Of a stretch of DNA of 64,000 bases, positions 21,753-33,406 are shown piece after piece. This stretch comes from Hormoscilla sp. (GTDB lineage: Bacteria > Cyanobacteriota > Cyanobacteriia > Cyanobacteriales > Desertifilaceae). Positions within the stretch are counted from its first letter, which is position 1. Each line of letters starts with the position of its first letter. The stretch lies in NCBI GenBank assembly GCA_051439505.1, contig JBFRWI010000132.1, positions 1 to 64,000 of the forward strand, in the 5' to 3' direction. The position numbers and the translations under genes are program-made. The notes beneath the pieces are model-generated. The model did not search any database. It worked only from the letters and a program-made list of their open reading frames with translations, and was not told the DNA's origin.

Positions 21753-23066
21753 ATGGAACAAGAAGAAAACTATCAAGGCAGTATATTAGTCATAGACGAC
21801 CTGCCAGAAAATTTGCGGCTGTTAGTTAATATCTTGAGGGATAGAGGTTATAAAGTCCGGGCAAATCCCAATCCTACGTTGGCCCTTAAAGGAATTCACA
21901 ATTCGATTCCGGACTTGATTTTACTGGACATTATGATGCCGGAGATCGACGGATATCAAGTCTGCGAGCAGTTGAAGGCAGATGAACGAACTAGGGATAT
22001 CCCGGTGATCTTTCTCAGTGCGCTGAATGAGGTACTAGATAAGGTGAAAGCTTTTTCGATCGGCGGCATAGATTACATTACGAAACCATTTCAAGAAGAA
22101 GAAGTGTTGATCCGGGTAAAAACCCATTTGGAGAATAGTTTTTTGCAAAAAAGAATCGCAGCCAAAAATCAAGAATTAACGAAAGCATTGCAATATCTGC
22201 AAAATACCCAAGCACAGTTGATTCACACGGAAAAAATGTCGAGCTTGGGGAAAATGGTGGCTGGAGTGGCTCACGAAATTAATAACCCGGTAAATTTTAT
22301 CTATGGGAATATAAATTATGTAGGTGATTATGTACGAGACTTGTACGAATTGATTGAGGCATATCAGCAGGCATGCCCTAATCCAGATGAAAAAGTTGAA
22401 GAAATAACTGAAAGAATAGATCTGGAATTTTTGACAGAAGACTTGCATAAAATGCTGTATTCTATGCAGACAGGGGCCGAGCGCATTCGGGAAATTGTCC
22501 TCGGTTTGCGTAATTTCTCCCGCCTGGGGGAATCTCAAATGAAGGCTGTAGATATTCACGAGGGCATTGAATCGAGTTTAATGCTGTTGCAGCATAAACT
22601 CAGAAAAACAGAGGAAGAGGAAGAAGCAGACGGAGAAAAAGCCAAACGTGCGGCAATTGAGGTGATTAAAAACTATGGCGAGTTGCCCAAGGTTATATGT
22701 CATGCAGCGCAGCTGAATCAGGTGTTTATGAATATTATTACCAATGCTATTGATGCTTTAGAGCCCATCAGGTACAATGCGCAAGAGTCAAAGGCCGCGA
22801 TCGCAATTAGCACGGCAGTAGAAAACTCAAAAAATATTGTCATCAAAATTGCCGATAACGGTCCCGGCATGGCGGAGTCCGTGATGCAGAAGATATTTGA
22901 CCCCTTCTTTACCACCAAACCGGTCGGGTTTGGGACTGGCTTGGGGCTGTCCATCAGCTATTCTATTATAGTAGAACTGCATCAGGGTCAGCTCAATTGT
23001 ACGAGTAATCCGGGAGAGGGGACTGAGTTTACTATCTCTATTCCCCATGCAACAACCGTCAATTGA
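21753..23066 (+). CDS. Hybrid histidine kinase (REC-HisKA-HATPase)
   Basis: LILLDIMMP receiver, [10 protein letters not shown]-box, [25 protein letters not shown]. Confidence 0.95.
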   Translation: MEQEENYQGSILVIDDLPENLRLLVNILRDRGYKVRANPNPTLALKGIHNSIPDLILLDIMMPEIDGYQVCEQLKADERTRDIPVIFLSALNEVLDKVKAFSIGGIDYITKPFQEEEVLIRVKTHLENSFLQKRIAAKNQELTKALQYLQNTQAQLIHTEKMSSLGKMVAGVAHEINNPVNFIYGNINYVGDYVRDLYELIEAYQQACPNPDEKVEEITERIDLEFLTEDLHKMLYSMQTGAERIREIVLGLRNFSRLGESQMKAVDIHEGIESSLMLLQHKLRKTEEEEEADGEKAKRAAIEVIKNYGELPKVICHAAQLNQVFMNIITNAIDALEPIRYNAQESKAAIAISTAVENSKNIVIKIADNGPGMAESVMQKIFDPFFTTKPVGFGTGLGLSISYSIIVELHQGQLNCTSNPGEGTEFTISIPHATTVN

Positions 23067-23080
23067 GGAAAATAAATAAA

Positions 23081-24376
23081 ATGGAGCGAGAGGGCGATCG
23101 CCAGGCCGATATAGTAGTGATAGATGACTTGGCTGATAATTTACATCTGTTAGTTAAGATTTTGAAACCCCAAGGCTATAAAGTGAGACCGATCACCAGC
23201 ATTAAAATCGCAATGACCTGCATTCACAATACCCTGCCGGATTTAATCTTGCTAGATATTATGATGCCGGAAATAAATGGCTATGAAGTCTGCGAGAGGT
23301 TGAAAGCAGATATCCGGACTAGAGACATTCCAGTAATTTTTATCAGCGCTATGAATGATGTGCTAGATAAGGTGAAAGCTTTTTCGGTGGGCGGGATAGA
23401 CTACATCACTAAACCTTTTCAGAAAGAAGAAGTGTTAGTCAGAGTGAAAACCCACTTGGAAAAGAGTTTTCTCCAAAAAAGAATTACAGCTAAAAATGAG
23501 GAATTGACTAAGACAGTGCAACAGTTGCGAAATACCCAAGCACAACTGATCCACACGGAAAAAATGTCGAGTTTAGGTAAAATGGTAGCAGGGGTGGCTC
23601 ATGAAATAAATAATCCAGTCAATTTTATCTATGGCAATATCAATTATGTGGGTGATTACGTGCAAGAGTTGCTGGAAGTGATTGAGGCATATCAGCAGTC
23701 ATACCCCAATCCCACAGAGGAAGTTAAAGCAAAAATAGAAAGCAGCGACCTGGAATTTGTGACAGAAGACTTGCAAAATATGTTAGAGTCGATGCAGACA
23801 GGGGCCGATCGCATTCGGGAAATTGTCCTCGGTTTGCGGAATTTCTCCCACCTGGGAGAATCTCAAGTGAAGGCCGTAGATATTCACGAGGGCATTGAAT
23901 CAACTTTAATGCTATTGCAGCATAGACTCAGAGAAGAAGAAAACCGTGCGGGCATTGAGGTGATGAAAAACTACGGCGAGTTGCCCAAGGTGACATGTCA
24001 TGCAGCGCAGATGAATCAGGTATTTATGAATATTATTACCAATGCTATTGATGCTTTAAGTGAAATCAGGTATAATCAGAAAGAGTCAAAGGCCGCGATC
24101 GCAATTAGCACTGAGATAAGAGAGGATGAAAATCTAGTCATCCGGATAGCTGATAACGGTCCGGGGATGAGTGAGTCCGTGATGCCGAAGATATTTGACC
24201 CCTTCTTTAGCACCAAACCGGTAGGGTCGGGGACTGGCCTGGGGCTGTCCATTAGCTATTATATTATAGTAGAATTGCATCAAGGTCAGCTCAATTGCAC
24301 GAGTAAACCGGGAGAGGATACTGAATTTACGATCTCTATTCCGATGAAACCACCGTCCAGTGAGGAGAAGAAATAA
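23081..24376 (+). CDS. Hybrid histidine kinase (REC-HisKA-HATPase), paralog
   Basis: Same motifs as 21753-23066; ATG at 23081 preferred over the TTG at 23063. Confidence 0.93.
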   Translation: MEREGDRQADIVVIDDLADNLHLLVKILKPQGYKVRPITSIKIAMTCIHNTLPDLILLDIMMPEINGYEVCERLKADIRTRDIPVIFISAMNDVLDKVKAFSVGGIDYITKPFQKEEVLVRVKTHLEKSFLQKRITAKNEELTKTVQQLRNTQAQLIHTEKMSSLGKMVAGVAHEINNPVNFIYGNINYVGDYVQELLEVIEAYQQSYPNPTEEVKAKIESSDLEFVTEDLQNMLESMQTGADRIREIVLGLRNFSHLGESQVKAVDIHEGIESTLMLLQHRLREEENRAGIEVMKNYGELPKVTCHAAQMNQVFMNIITNAIDALSEIRYNQKESKAAIAISTEIREDENLVIRIADNGPGMSESVMPKIFDPFFSTKPVGSGTGLGLSISYYIIVELHQGQLNCTSKPGEDTEFTISIPMKPPSSEEKK

Positions 24377-24377
24377 A

Positions 24378-25802
24378 ATGGATCGAGAGGGCGATCGCAA
24401 AGCTAATATATTAGTAATAGATGACTTGCCAGAAAATTTGCGTCTGTTAGTTAATATGTTGACAGACAAAGGCTATAAGGTGAGAGCTACTCCTAGTGGC
24501 AAGCTAGCCATCAAGGGCATTCATAAGGCCCCACCGGATTTAATATTGCTGGATATTATGATGCCGGAAATGAATGGCTATGAAGTCTGCGAGCAATTGA
24601 AAGCAGATGAACAGACTAAAGACATTCCGGTGATTTTTCTCAGCGCCCTGAATGAAGTGCTAGATAAGGTGAAGGCTTTTTCTATGGGAGGAATAGACTA
24701 CATCACGAAACCATTTCAGACGGAAGAAGTGTTGGCGCGGGTACATACTCATTTAGAAAAAAGTTTCCTGCAAAAAAGTCTGCAAGCAAAGAATGAGGAA
24801 TTGGCGGCCACCCTGCAACAGTTGAAAGCTACCCAAGAAGAACTGATTCAATCGGAAAAAATGGCGGCCCTGGGACAACTGGTAGCAGGAGTGGCCCATG
24901 AAGTGAATACTCCCTTAGGGGCCATTCGTTCCTCGGTGGAGAATATCTCCTCCTTTTTAAGTGAAAACCTGGAACATCTGCCCTCATTCTTTCAAGGTCT
25001 CTCCCCAGAGGAACAGCATTACTTCTTTACCTTGCTGCAAAAGTCGATCGAGCAAGAAACTTCCCTCTCTAGCAAGGAAAAACGTCAATATAAACGCGGG
25101 TTAAAGCGACAAATGGAAGCAGCAGAGATTGATAATGCTGATAGTCTGGCTAGTACCCTGGTAAATATAGGCGTATATGATGACGTTCAACCCTTTTTGC
25201 CCTTGTTAAAAGACCCCGAAAGTGACAATATCCTCAAAACTGCCTATCAATTTGCTACGGTGCAGAAAAGCACCAGAACCATCGCTACAGCGACCGATCG
25301 GGCGGCGAAAGTGGTATATGCCCTGAAAACCTATGCCCGTTATGATAGTTCTGGACAAAAAGTACGTGCTAAGATCGGCGAGGGGATTGAAACCGTATTA
25401 ACCCTTTATCACAACCAAATCAAGCAGGGTGTAGAGGTGGTCAGGAACTATGACGAATCTCTGCCAGCAATACTTTGCTATCCCGACGACCTGAATCAAG
25501 TTTGGACGAATCTGATCCATAATGCCTTGCAAGCGATGAACAATCGAGGTACGATCGCCATTGAGGTCGCCAGGCAAGATGACCGGGTGCGAATTGACCT
25601 GACCGATAGCGGTCCCGGTATTCCTCCGGAGATTCAGCCGAAAATATTCGATCCCTTCTTTACCACTAAACCCCCGGGAGAAGGAAGTGGCCTGGGATTG
25701 GACATCGTCAAGAAGATAGTTGTCAAGCATGAAGGTACAATAGAGGTCAACTCGGTGCCAGGGAAAACCACATTTACGGTATACCTGCCAATACGAGAAT
25801 AA
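24378..25802 (+). CDS. Hybrid histidine kinase (REC-HisKA-insert-HATPase)
   Basis: Receiver, GVAHEVNTP, NQVWTNLIHNA, DSGPG, GSGLGL; ATG at 24378 preferred. Confidence 0.93.
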   Translation: MDREGDRKANILVIDDLPENLRLLVNMLTDKGYKVRATPSGKLAIKGIHKAPPDLILLDIMMPEMNGYEVCEQLKADEQTKDIPVIFLSALNEVLDKVKAFSMGGIDYITKPFQTEEVLARVHTHLEKSFLQKSLQAKNEELAATLQQLKATQEELIQSEKMAALGQLVAGVAHEVNTPLGAIRSSVENISSFLSENLEHLPSFFQGLSPEEQHYFFTLLQKSIEQETSLSSKEKRQYKRGLKRQMEAAEIDNADSLASTLVNIGVYDDVQPFLPLLKDPESDNILKTAYQFATVQKSTRTIATATDRAAKVVYALKTYARYDSSGQKVRAKIGEGIETVLTLYHNQIKQGVEVVRNYDESLPAILCYPDDLNQVWTNLIHNALQAMNNRGTIAIEVARQDDRVRIDLTDSGPGIPPEIQPKIFDPFFTTKPPGEGSGLGLDIVKKIVVKHEGTIEVNSVPGKTTFTVYLPIRE

Positions 25803-25839
25803 GGTAAACTGTCATTGAAGTCAAGATCGAGGAGGAACG

Positions 25840-26244
25840 GTGTCTAAGCCAGTCATTTTATGTGTGGATGATGAAGGTATCATCTTGCTGAGTATGGAGA
25901 TGCAACTGCAAAAAGCATTTGCCGAAAAATATCTCTATGAAACTGCGGAAAGTGCCGATGAAGCGATCGAACTGATCGAGGAACTAGAAGCGGAAGGTGC
26001 TGACGTGCTCGTGATAGTTTCTGATTGGTTAATGCCGGGGATGAAAGGAGATGAATTGCTAATCAAGATTCATGAAAGAACGCCAAGAACGATTAAGATT
26101 ATGTTAACGGGACAAGCGGATTCCGAAGCAATAGAACGGGCCAAAACTGAAGCTAATTTACACCGGTACTTGCAGAAGCCTTGGCATGCAGATGATTTAA
26201 TTGAGGCGATCGAGTCAGGGTTGGCAAAATTGCAGCAGGAATAG
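25840..26244 (+). CDS. Single-domain response regulator
   Basis: ILCVDDE, VSDWLMPGMKG, MLTGQA, KPW; ggagg RBS before GTG. Confidence 0.92.
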   Translation: MSKPVILCVDDEGIILLSMEMQLQKAFAEKYLYETAESADEAIELIEELEAEGADVLVIVSDWLMPGMKGDELLIKIHERTPRTIKIMLTGQADSEAIERAKTEANLHRYLQKPWHADDLIEAIESGLAKLQQE

Positions 26245-26420
26245 AAGCTGAAAAAGCTACGATCTTGATGATGGACTGACGTAAGCAATTCAAAATTCAA
26301 AGTTCAAAATTCAAAATTGTGAATCTCTTTGAGTACAAGGCTTTCGGCGGAATGAAGCTAAGTGTGGTAAATTGGGGTATTGAGAAGAAAGAATGAAAAA
26401 ATGGAAATGAACAATTAACA

Positions 26421-28028
26421 ATGAACAGAAGAATCACAACAGCAATAATTGGCACGGCAGCAATGGCGGCGATCGTCCTGCCAGCGATCGCCTCAATTCC
26501 CGATGTGAACAGGACAATAAAAGAGATTACTGTCCGTATAGATGGAGACAGCAGAGGTGGTAGTGGTGTGATAGCTTACAAAAAGGGGAACACTTACTAT
26601 GTGTTGACGAACTCTCATGTAGTAAACCTTCCGGAAAGCTATAGCATTGTCACGGAAAATGGCACCCGTTATCCTGTAGATTCAGGGGACATCCTGCACA
26701 TGCAAGGAGTAGATTTAGCAGTATTGCCTTTCACTAGCAATGCCGAGTACCGAGTGGCCCAGCTAGGAGATTCCGATCGCCTGGTCTCCGGAGAAGTGAT
26801 TCACGTAGCAGGATGGCCCCGATCGGGCGGTTCTTTGCGACAGCGGATCTTTATTCACACGGAAGGGAAATTAACTCAAGGAGGGGCAGCTTTAAGCTAT
26901 ACTAATCTGGTCAGAGCGGGAATGAGTGGCGGTCCGATATTAGACAGTCAGTCGAGGTTAATTGGCATTAATCGCTTGGTGAGATTAGAGGGTGACAGCG
27001 ATAAAATAGTGGCATCGGGAGTAGCGATTAACAGGTTTTTGAACTGGTGGCAAAGGGTAGCCCAGCCGCCAAAACCGACAGGGCCAGCAAATGCAAATGT
27101 GACAGGCATTACCTCGGTAAATAGTGGTGTAGACTTTGCTTTAGCTGGGACGATCGAAGGAAAAAATGGGTCGATAAGTTCGGTAGCTATTAGTAGTGCT
27201 AATGCCAGGCAGGGGCAGTTGGTGGCTAGTGGGAATAGTGATGGGACAATATCGGTGTGGAATCTGGTGGACGGGAAAGCGATCGCTACCCTGCAAGGTC
27301 ATGAAAAACCGGTGAATACTGTAGTAATTAGCCCCGATGGGAAGATGCTAGTCAGTGGCAGTGACGATCATACCATAAAAATTTGGAATATGTCCAATGG
27401 GGAACTAGAACGCAGTCTCGAAGGACATGCCTTAGCAGTGTCGGCCCTGGCGATCGCCCCAGATGGAAAAACCCTAGTGTCGGGCAGTTGGGACAAAACC
27501 ATCAAGATTTGGGATCTTCCGACAGGGGAGTTGCAAAAGACGATCGCGGGACATACAGCATTGGTGAGTGCCTTGACCATAAGTCCAGATGGAAGAATTT
27601 TAGCTAGCGGGTCTCAGGATAAAACGATCCGCCTGTGGCATCTGCAAACAGCACAACCCCTGGGAGTCCTGCGAGGACATAGACTGTCGGTGTTGAGTAT
27701 CGCCATTAGTGCCGATGGCCGGATATTAGCCAGCGGCAGTGGAGACGGGACGATCGGGATCTGGGATTTGAGCAAGGGTGAGAGAATCAACACCTTGAGA
27801 GGGCATACAGATGGGGTTTGGTCTGTTAAAATCAGTCCAGATGGTCGGACAGCGATCAGCGGGAGCTGGGATAGGTCGATCAAGCTGTGGGATCTGAGCA
27901 GTATGAGACTGAACAGAACCCTCACAGGACATGCAGGTTATATTAATTCTGTAGCCTTGAGTGACGATGGACAGACAATGGTGAGTGGAGATTGGAATAG
28001 CAAAATCAATATTTGGAGAAGAAAGTAG
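26421..28028 (+). CDS. Trypsin-like (S1) serine protease fused to a WD40 propeller
   Basis: Signal-like N-terminus, TNSHVV / DLAVL / GMSGGP triad, about 7 GH...SGS.D.TI.IW repeats. Confidence 0.9.
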   Translation: MNRRITTAIIGTAAMAAIVLPAIASIPDVNRTIKEITVRIDGDSRGGSGVIAYKKGNTYYVLTNSHVVNLPESYSIVTENGTRYPVDSGDILHMQGVDLAVLPFTSNAEYRVAQLGDSDRLVSGEVIHVAGWPRSGGSLRQRIFIHTEGKLTQGGAALSYTNLVRAGMSGGPILDSQSRLIGINRLVRLEGDSDKIVASGVAINRFLNWWQRVAQPPKPTGPANANVTGITSVNSGVDFALAGTIEGKNGSISSVAISSANARQGQLVASGNSDGTISVWNLVDGKAIATLQGHEKPVNTVVISPDGKMLVSGSDDHTIKIWNMSNGELERSLEGHALAVSALAIAPDGKTLVSGSWDKTIKIWDLPTGELQKTIAGHTALVSALTISPDGRILASGSQDKTIRLWHLQTAQPLGVLRGHRLSVLSIAISADGRILASGSGDGTIGIWDLSKGERINTLRGHTDGVWSVKISPDGRTAISGSWDRSIKLWDLSSMRLNRTLTGHAGYINSVALSDDGQTMVSGDWNSKINIWRRK

Positions 28029-28175
28029 CCTGCTGGCAGGCAAAGCTCAACTCAAAGAGGTAAAATAGAGCGTGAGGGGAAAGCGCCTATGGCAGTTACG
28101 GCTCTCCTCACTGCCAAGTACAGGTTTCCAGAGATAAGTTGATTGCAGTCAGCGAAAAAATGCGGGAAATAAGCG

Positions 28176-30620
28176 ATGTTTGAATATTTTACAGAACAAG
28201 CCATTAAGGTGATTATGCTCGCTCAGGAAGAGGCCCGTCGCCTGGGACATAACTTCGTAGGCACCGAACAAATCCTCCTGGGTTTAATTGGGGAAGGCAC
28301 GGGGATAGCAGCAAAAGTCCTCAACGAACAGGGTGTAAATCTCAAGGATGTGCGGACGGAGGTAGAAAAAATTATCGGTCGGGGTTCGGGATTTACGCCA
28401 GTGGAAATTCCGTTTACGCCGAGGGTAAAGCGGATTTTCGAGTCATCCCTGAACGAAGCTCGCCAATTGGGACATAATTACATAGGCACCGAACACCTGC
28501 TCCTGGGACTGATTCAGGACAGGGATGGAGTAGCGGCGAAGGTACTGCAAAATATGGGGATTGACGCCAACGCGATGCGGACGCAAGTGATTCGCATGCT
28601 GGGAGAAGAAGCAGCGGTAAGCGTGGGTGGAAGCTCAAATAACGGCAAGGTGCCCACCCTGGATGAGTTTGGCACGAATCTGACGAAACTGGCAGCACAG
28701 GGGAAACTGGACCCGGTGGTGGGTCGGCAACCGGAAATTGAACGGGTAATACAAATTCTGGGTCGGCGGACGAAGAATAATCCGGTGCTGATCGGAGAAC
28801 CGGGGGTGGGGAAAACCGCGATCGCGGAAGGGTTGGCCCATCGGATAGTCAACAAGAACGTGCCGGAAATCCTAGAAAATAAGCAAATCATTAGCCTGGA
28901 ATTGGGAATGCTAGTGGCAGGAACCCGGTTCCGAGGGGAATTTGAAGAGCGGTTGAAGAAAATTATCGCCGAAGTCCGCTCGTCGGACAACATTATCCTG
29001 GTAATTGATGAAATCCATACGATAATCGGGGCAGGTTCGGTAGAAGGCAGTCTGGATGCGGCTAACATTCTCAAGCCATCATTGGCGAGAGGAGAACTGC
29101 AATGTATTGGGGCCACGACAATGGACGAATACCGCAAGTATATCGAGCGGGATGCGGCCCTGGAACGTCGGTTCCAACCAGTGAAGGTGGGAGAACCCAG
29201 CGTGGAAGAGACGATCGAGATTCTCTACGGTCTGCGTTCGGCCTACGAACAGCATCACCAACTGAAAATATCCGATGAGGCGATCGCCGCAGCAGCGAAC
29301 CTCTCGGACCGCTATATCTCGGACCGGTTTTTGCCAGATAAGGCGATCGACTTGATTGATGAAGCAGGTTCCCGGGTGCGGCTGTTCAATTCTAAACTGC
29401 CGCCAGAGGTGAAGGAACAGAAGCGACAGCTGCGAGAATTAATTAAGGAAAAAGAGGCGGCGGTTAAGGATCAAGACTTTGATAAGGCGGGAAAACTGCG
29501 CGATCGGGAGTTAGCAATTAAAGAGGAGATTCAAGCGGCGACGAGCAATAAAATCAATATTGCTCCGGTGGTCAGCGCAGAAGACATCGCCCAGATCGTA
29601 TCTTCTTGGACGGGGGTACCAGTGCTGAAGCTGACAGAATCGGAATCGGAACTGTTGCTGCACATGGAGGATACCCTGCATCAGCGCTTGATCGGTCAAG
29701 AGGAAGCAGTGACAGCGGTATCTCGCGCTATTCGTCGGGCCCGCGTAGGTCTGAAAAACCCCAACCGCCCGATCGCCAGTTTCATCTTTTCGGGACCGAC
29801 GGGTGTGGGCAAAACGGAACTGACAAAAGCTTTAGCAGCCTATTTCTTCGGTTCGGAAGAGGCGATGATTCGGTTAGATATGTCAGAATACATGGAACGT
29901 CACACGGTATCAAAACTGATCGGTGCGCCTCCGGGATTTGTAGGTTATCAGGAAGGGGGTCAACTGACAGAAGCGGTGCGCCGCCGTCCCTACACTGTGG
30001 TGCTATTTGATGAAATTGAAAAAGCCCACCCGGATGTCTTTAACCTGATGCTGCAAATTTTTGAAGACGGTCGCCTGACGGATGCGAAGGGTCGGACTGT
30101 GGACTTCAAGAATACCCTGCTGATCATGACCTCTAACATCGGGTCCAAGGTGATTGAAAAAGGTGGGGGAGGCTTAGGATTCGAGTTTGAGGAAAATAGC
30201 GCTGATGCTCAGTATAACCGGATTAAAGCTTTGGTGAATGAGGAACTGAAGCAGTATTTCCGCCCCGAGTTCCTCAACCGCTTGGATGAGATTATCGTCT
30301 TCCGTCAGCTGAACAAAGAACAGGTGAAAGATATCTCGGAGATCATGCTGCGGGAAGTCTTCAGTCGCCTCACGGAACAGGGTATTACTTTAGAAGTTAC
30401 CGATGCTTTCAAAGAACTCTTGGTCAAGGAGGGATACAACCCTGCATACGGGGCACGACCCCTGCGGCGAGCGATTATGCGCTTGTTGGAAGATGTCCTG
30501 GCCGAAGAGTTGCTCTCCGGTCGCATCACTGAGGGCGATCGGGCGATCGTGGATGTTGACGAAGAGGGTAAAGTTAAGGTAACCTGCGCCGAGAAGAAGC
30601 AGTTGCTCTCTGTTGGTTAA
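28176..30620 (+). CDS. clpC: ATP-dependent Clp protease ATPase subunit ClpC
   Basis: Two Clp-N repeats, GEPGVGKT and GPTGVGKT Walker A motifs, UVR-like middle domain, LGF ClpP loop, GARPLRR. Confidence 0.93.
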   Translation: MFEYFTEQAIKVIMLAQEEARRLGHNFVGTEQILLGLIGEGTGIAAKVLNEQGVNLKDVRTEVEKIIGRGSGFTPVEIPFTPRVKRIFESSLNEARQLGHNYIGTEHLLLGLIQDRDGVAAKVLQNMGIDANAMRTQVIRMLGEEAAVSVGGSSNNGKVPTLDEFGTNLTKLAAQGKLDPVVGRQPEIERVIQILGRRTKNNPVLIGEPGVGKTAIAEGLAHRIVNKNVPEILENKQIISLELGMLVAGTRFRGEFEERLKKIIAEVRSSDNIILVIDEIHTIIGAGSVEGSLDAANILKPSLARGELQCIGATTMDEYRKYIERDAALERRFQPVKVGEPSVEETIEILYGLRSAYEQHHQLKISDEAIAAAANLSDRYISDRFLPDKAIDLIDEAGSRVRLFNSKLPPEVKEQKRQLRELIKEKEAAVKDQDFDKAGKLRDRELAIKEEIQAATSNKINIAPVVSAEDIAQIVSSWTGVPVLKLTESESELLLHMEDTLHQRLIGQEEAVTAVSRAIRRARVGLKNPNRPIASFIFSGPTGVGKTELTKALAAYFFGSEEAMIRLDMSEYMERHTVSKLIGAPPGFVGYQEGGQLTEAVRRRPYTVVLFDEIEKAHPDVFNLMLQIFEDGRLTDAKGRTVDFKNTLLIMTSNIGSKVIEKGGGGLGFEFEENSADAQYNRIKALVNEELKQYFRPEFLNRLDEIIVFRQLNKEQVKDISEIMLREVFSRLTEQGITLEVTDAFKELLVKEGYNPAYGARPLRRAIMRLLEDVLAEELLSGRITEGDRAIVDVDEEGKVKVTCAEKKQLLSVG

Positions 30621-30687
30621 TGGCAAGCATAAGTAATCGGACAAAATGACCGATCGCATTTTCTCAAGGGGCGATCGCCTTTAATTA

Positions 30688-30720
30688 AGAAACCCGGTTT
30701 TCGGTAAAAACCGGGTTTCT
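30688..30720. terminator. Stem-loop after clpC
   Basis: agaaacccggtttt...aaaaccgggtttct. Confidence 0.6.
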
Positions 30721-30922
30721 GGCCGAGGGGCGATCGCGGAAGTAAAACACGGACTACCACTAAACAATTCAAAATTCAAAATTCAAAATTGGGAAAGCCC
30801 TTGAGGGCAAGGATCTCAGCTTTTTGGCCTATGCAATTTAAATGCGCGACAGCTTATGACAGCAAATTTAGACTCCTTTATCTAATTCTCCAACAGCTAC
30901 CCAACGGACTAAGTCTTTTTGG

Positions 30923-31165
30923 GTGGGCGAAAGCAAGCTTCTGCTACAAGATGCGATCGCAGTTGCCATAGAAGAAACTCGGCAGATGATGGCAGCAGGG
31001 ATAGACATCAGGGATTCCTGTGTAGTTACACCGTTAGAATGGACTGCCAATAAATATCCAGAAATTGCCGAATATTGCAATCAATATTTAATGAAACTGG
31101 TGGAAGAACAAATCGAGCAAATAAATGATTCGACCTCAGATGAGCAAATAGTCGATATTTTTTGA
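30923..31165 (+). CDS. Small hypothetical protein
   Basis: 80-aa GTG-start ORF with protein-like composition. Confidence 0.55.
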   Translation: MGESKLLLQDAIAVAIEETRQMMAAGIDIRDSCVVTPLEWTANKYPEIAEYCNQYLMKLVEEQIEQINDSTSDEQIVDIF

Positions 31166-31227
31166 TGACAAGCATTGTTAAGTAAATTATTTCAAGATAG
31201 ATTAAATGATAATGGCACACATCTTGG

Positions 31228-31331
31228 GCGAAACCCAACCTACATATAAGTATTAATTCGTAGGCTGGGTTTCCCAACGTTACCCAGCAGTTACCTGATG
31301 GTTGGGTTTCGCGCTTTGCGAAACCCAACCA
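31228..31331. repeat. Cluster of gcgaaacccaacc / ggttgggtttcgc palindromic repeats
   Basis: The motif and its reverse complement recur about four times. Confidence 0.6.
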
Positions 31332-31615
31332 GGAGATGATTATAAATAATTATAGCAGTTCTCATCCTTTGTGTGATATGCGATTGGTGAGATTGCTTCG
31401 GGGGGGGGTTAACGCATAAAGCATAAGTTGATCGCTACGTACCCCCCCCTCGCAATGACAAATAGACAATTTAGCTGTACCACATCTATTTGAGAAACGC
31501 TATATTTTGCGGAAGATGTCGGGTTGAATCTGGAATATAAAATATAAGGATTAAATAGTCGATCCTGGGGTTGGGTGCATAAGCCAAGCAAATTAACTAC
31601 AGGAGAAACCCTGAT

Positions 31616-33406
31616 ATGGCTCGAATTAACGGTACGCGGGGGGGCGATATTCTCTCGGGCACGTCGGAACAGGACGTGATTCGAGGTAGAGCCGGTAACG
31701 ATCGGCTTTTGGGCGATCGCGGAAATGACGTGCTCTATGGCAATGCAGGCCGGGATACCTTAACAGGAGGGGACGGCAGTGACATCTTCGTGCTTAGCGG
31801 CGGTCGCGATCTAATTACCGACTTTACTGACGGTGAGGACTTGATGGGATTACCGGGTCGCGTCAGCTTCTCGCAGCTACAGATCTCTGCTGGCACCGGG
31901 GCTAATGCCGGAGACACGATTATCTCTTTTGGACGCTTTCAGGTAGCAGTCTTGGAGGGGGTGAACAGCAGCCAGATCGACGCCGCTGATTTCACAAACG
32001 ATCTGACACCCATATCGGAACCGACGCCGACAGATCCGCCATCAAATGGCAATTTTAACATTGAATTCGACTATCGCTTTGACAGCAGCGGATTTTTCAA
32101 TGACCCGGCACGCCGGGCGGCATTAGAAGCTGCTGCTGATATCTGGGAGGGTTTTATTCAAGACGAGTTTCCCGATGTTCCAGCTGGGATTGAATTTACT
32201 GTAAATAATCCTTCTGTCTCAGGCCGGGAAGAACGGATCGTCTTGAATTCGGAAATTGACGATTTGCTGATTTTCGTGGGGGCGCGTCCATTGCCTGGCA
32301 GCACTCTGGGGGAAGCTGGACCTGATGGGGTGGATGCTGCTGGAACTGTTTTCTCCAACCGCCTCTTAGGCAGCAATTTTGAGCCTTGGGTGGGAGGGTT
32401 GACCTTCGATACTGATGCGAATTGGTTTTTTGACTCCACGCCCAATACAGATGGGGACATTCCTTTCGGGCAAAGCGATTTTATCAGTACGGCTTTGCAT
32501 GAAATCGGGCATGTTTTGGGCTTTGGTACTGCTGACATTTTCGAGCAAATCGGTGCCGGGGGGACTTTTGATGGTCCCAATGCTTTGAATGTAAATGGGG
32601 GCCGACCTATTCCTCTGGAAGGGAATTTGTCTCATGTTGAAGAGGGGTTTTTGAATGATACTGTCTTGCTGGACCCCACAAGCAGGAACGGCACCCGCAC
32701 ATTGCCTACTCAGGTTGATTTGGCTTTGTTGGCTGATATCGGCTATGAAATACCCGGCTTTATACCTCAAGGATCGACGCCCCCGATCGCTACTTCTGGG
32801 GATGACCTGATCTTCGGGACAATTTTGGCTGATGCGATCGACGGTTTAGGTGGTGACGACCAAATTCAAGGCGATCGGGGGAACGATCGGCTGAATGGAG
32901 GTTCTGGGAATGATAACCTTTTTGGTCAAGCAGGTAACGATACCATGAATGGGGACGCTGGGGATGACCAACTTGTGGGAAATGAGGGTAATGACATTCT
33001 CAATGGTGGCTCTAATAATGATACCCTCTTCGGTGGCACGGGTAACGATATCCTGAATGGCGATGGGGGGAATGACTTCCTGATTGGAGAAGCAGGGGAT
33101 GATTTGCTCGATGGTGGTGCTGGCGATGATAACCTTTTTGGTGATGGGGGCCGGGATACGTTCTTCTTTGGTGCTAACAATGGTGAAGACACTATTACCG
33201 ACTTTGACATTGCTACTGAAAGGATCCAGATAGCATCTGGTCTGGGTTTTGCGACGGGTGCAGATGTGCTGGCTACTCTCTCTCGGACTTTCATTAATAC
33301 TTCTGTCTTCACCCTGAGTCCGGGGAACTCGATCGAGGTCTTTCATGAGGATGTATCTAACATCAATAATACTCCTCTGACAGCAGCCAATTTCGTTATT
33401 GTCTGA
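31616..33406 (+). CDS. RTX (hemolysin-type Ca-binding) protein with central zinc metalloprotease domain
   Basis: GGxGxDxLx nonapeptides at both ends; HEIGHVLGF zinc motif. Confidence 0.9.
   Translation: MARINGTRGGDILSGTSEQDVIRGRAGNDRLLGDRGNDVLYGNAGRDTLTGGDGSDIFVLSGGRDLITDFTDGEDLMGLPGRVSFSQLQISAGTGANAGDTIISFGRFQVAVLEGVNSSQIDAADFTNDLTPISEPTPTDPPSNGNFNIEFDYRFDSSGFFNDPARRAALEAAADIWEGFIQDEFPDVPAGIEFTVNNPSVSGREERIVLNSEIDDLLIFVGARPLPGSTLGEAGPDGVDAAGTVFSNRLLGSNFEPWVGGLTFDTDANWFFDSTPNTDGDIPFGQSDFISTALHEIGHVLGFGTADIFEQIGAGGTFDGPNALNVNGGRPIPLEGNLSHVEEGFLNDTVLLDPTSRNGTRTLPTQVDLALLADIGYEIPGFIPQGSTPPIATSGDDLIFGTILADAIDGLGGDDQIQGDRGNDRLNGGSGNDNLFGQAGNDTMNGDAGDDQLVGNEGNDILNGGSNNDTLFGGTGNDILNGDGGNDFLIGEAGDDLLDGGAGDDNLFGDGGRDTFFFGANNGEDTITDFDIATERIQIASGLGFATGADVLATLSRTFINTSVFTLSPGNSIEVFHEDVSNINNTPLTAANFVIV

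Noticed and set aside
32846..33346. Long antisense ORFs inside large genes (here, and in smc and clpC)
   Set aside because: Shadow frames of well-supported genes on the opposite strand
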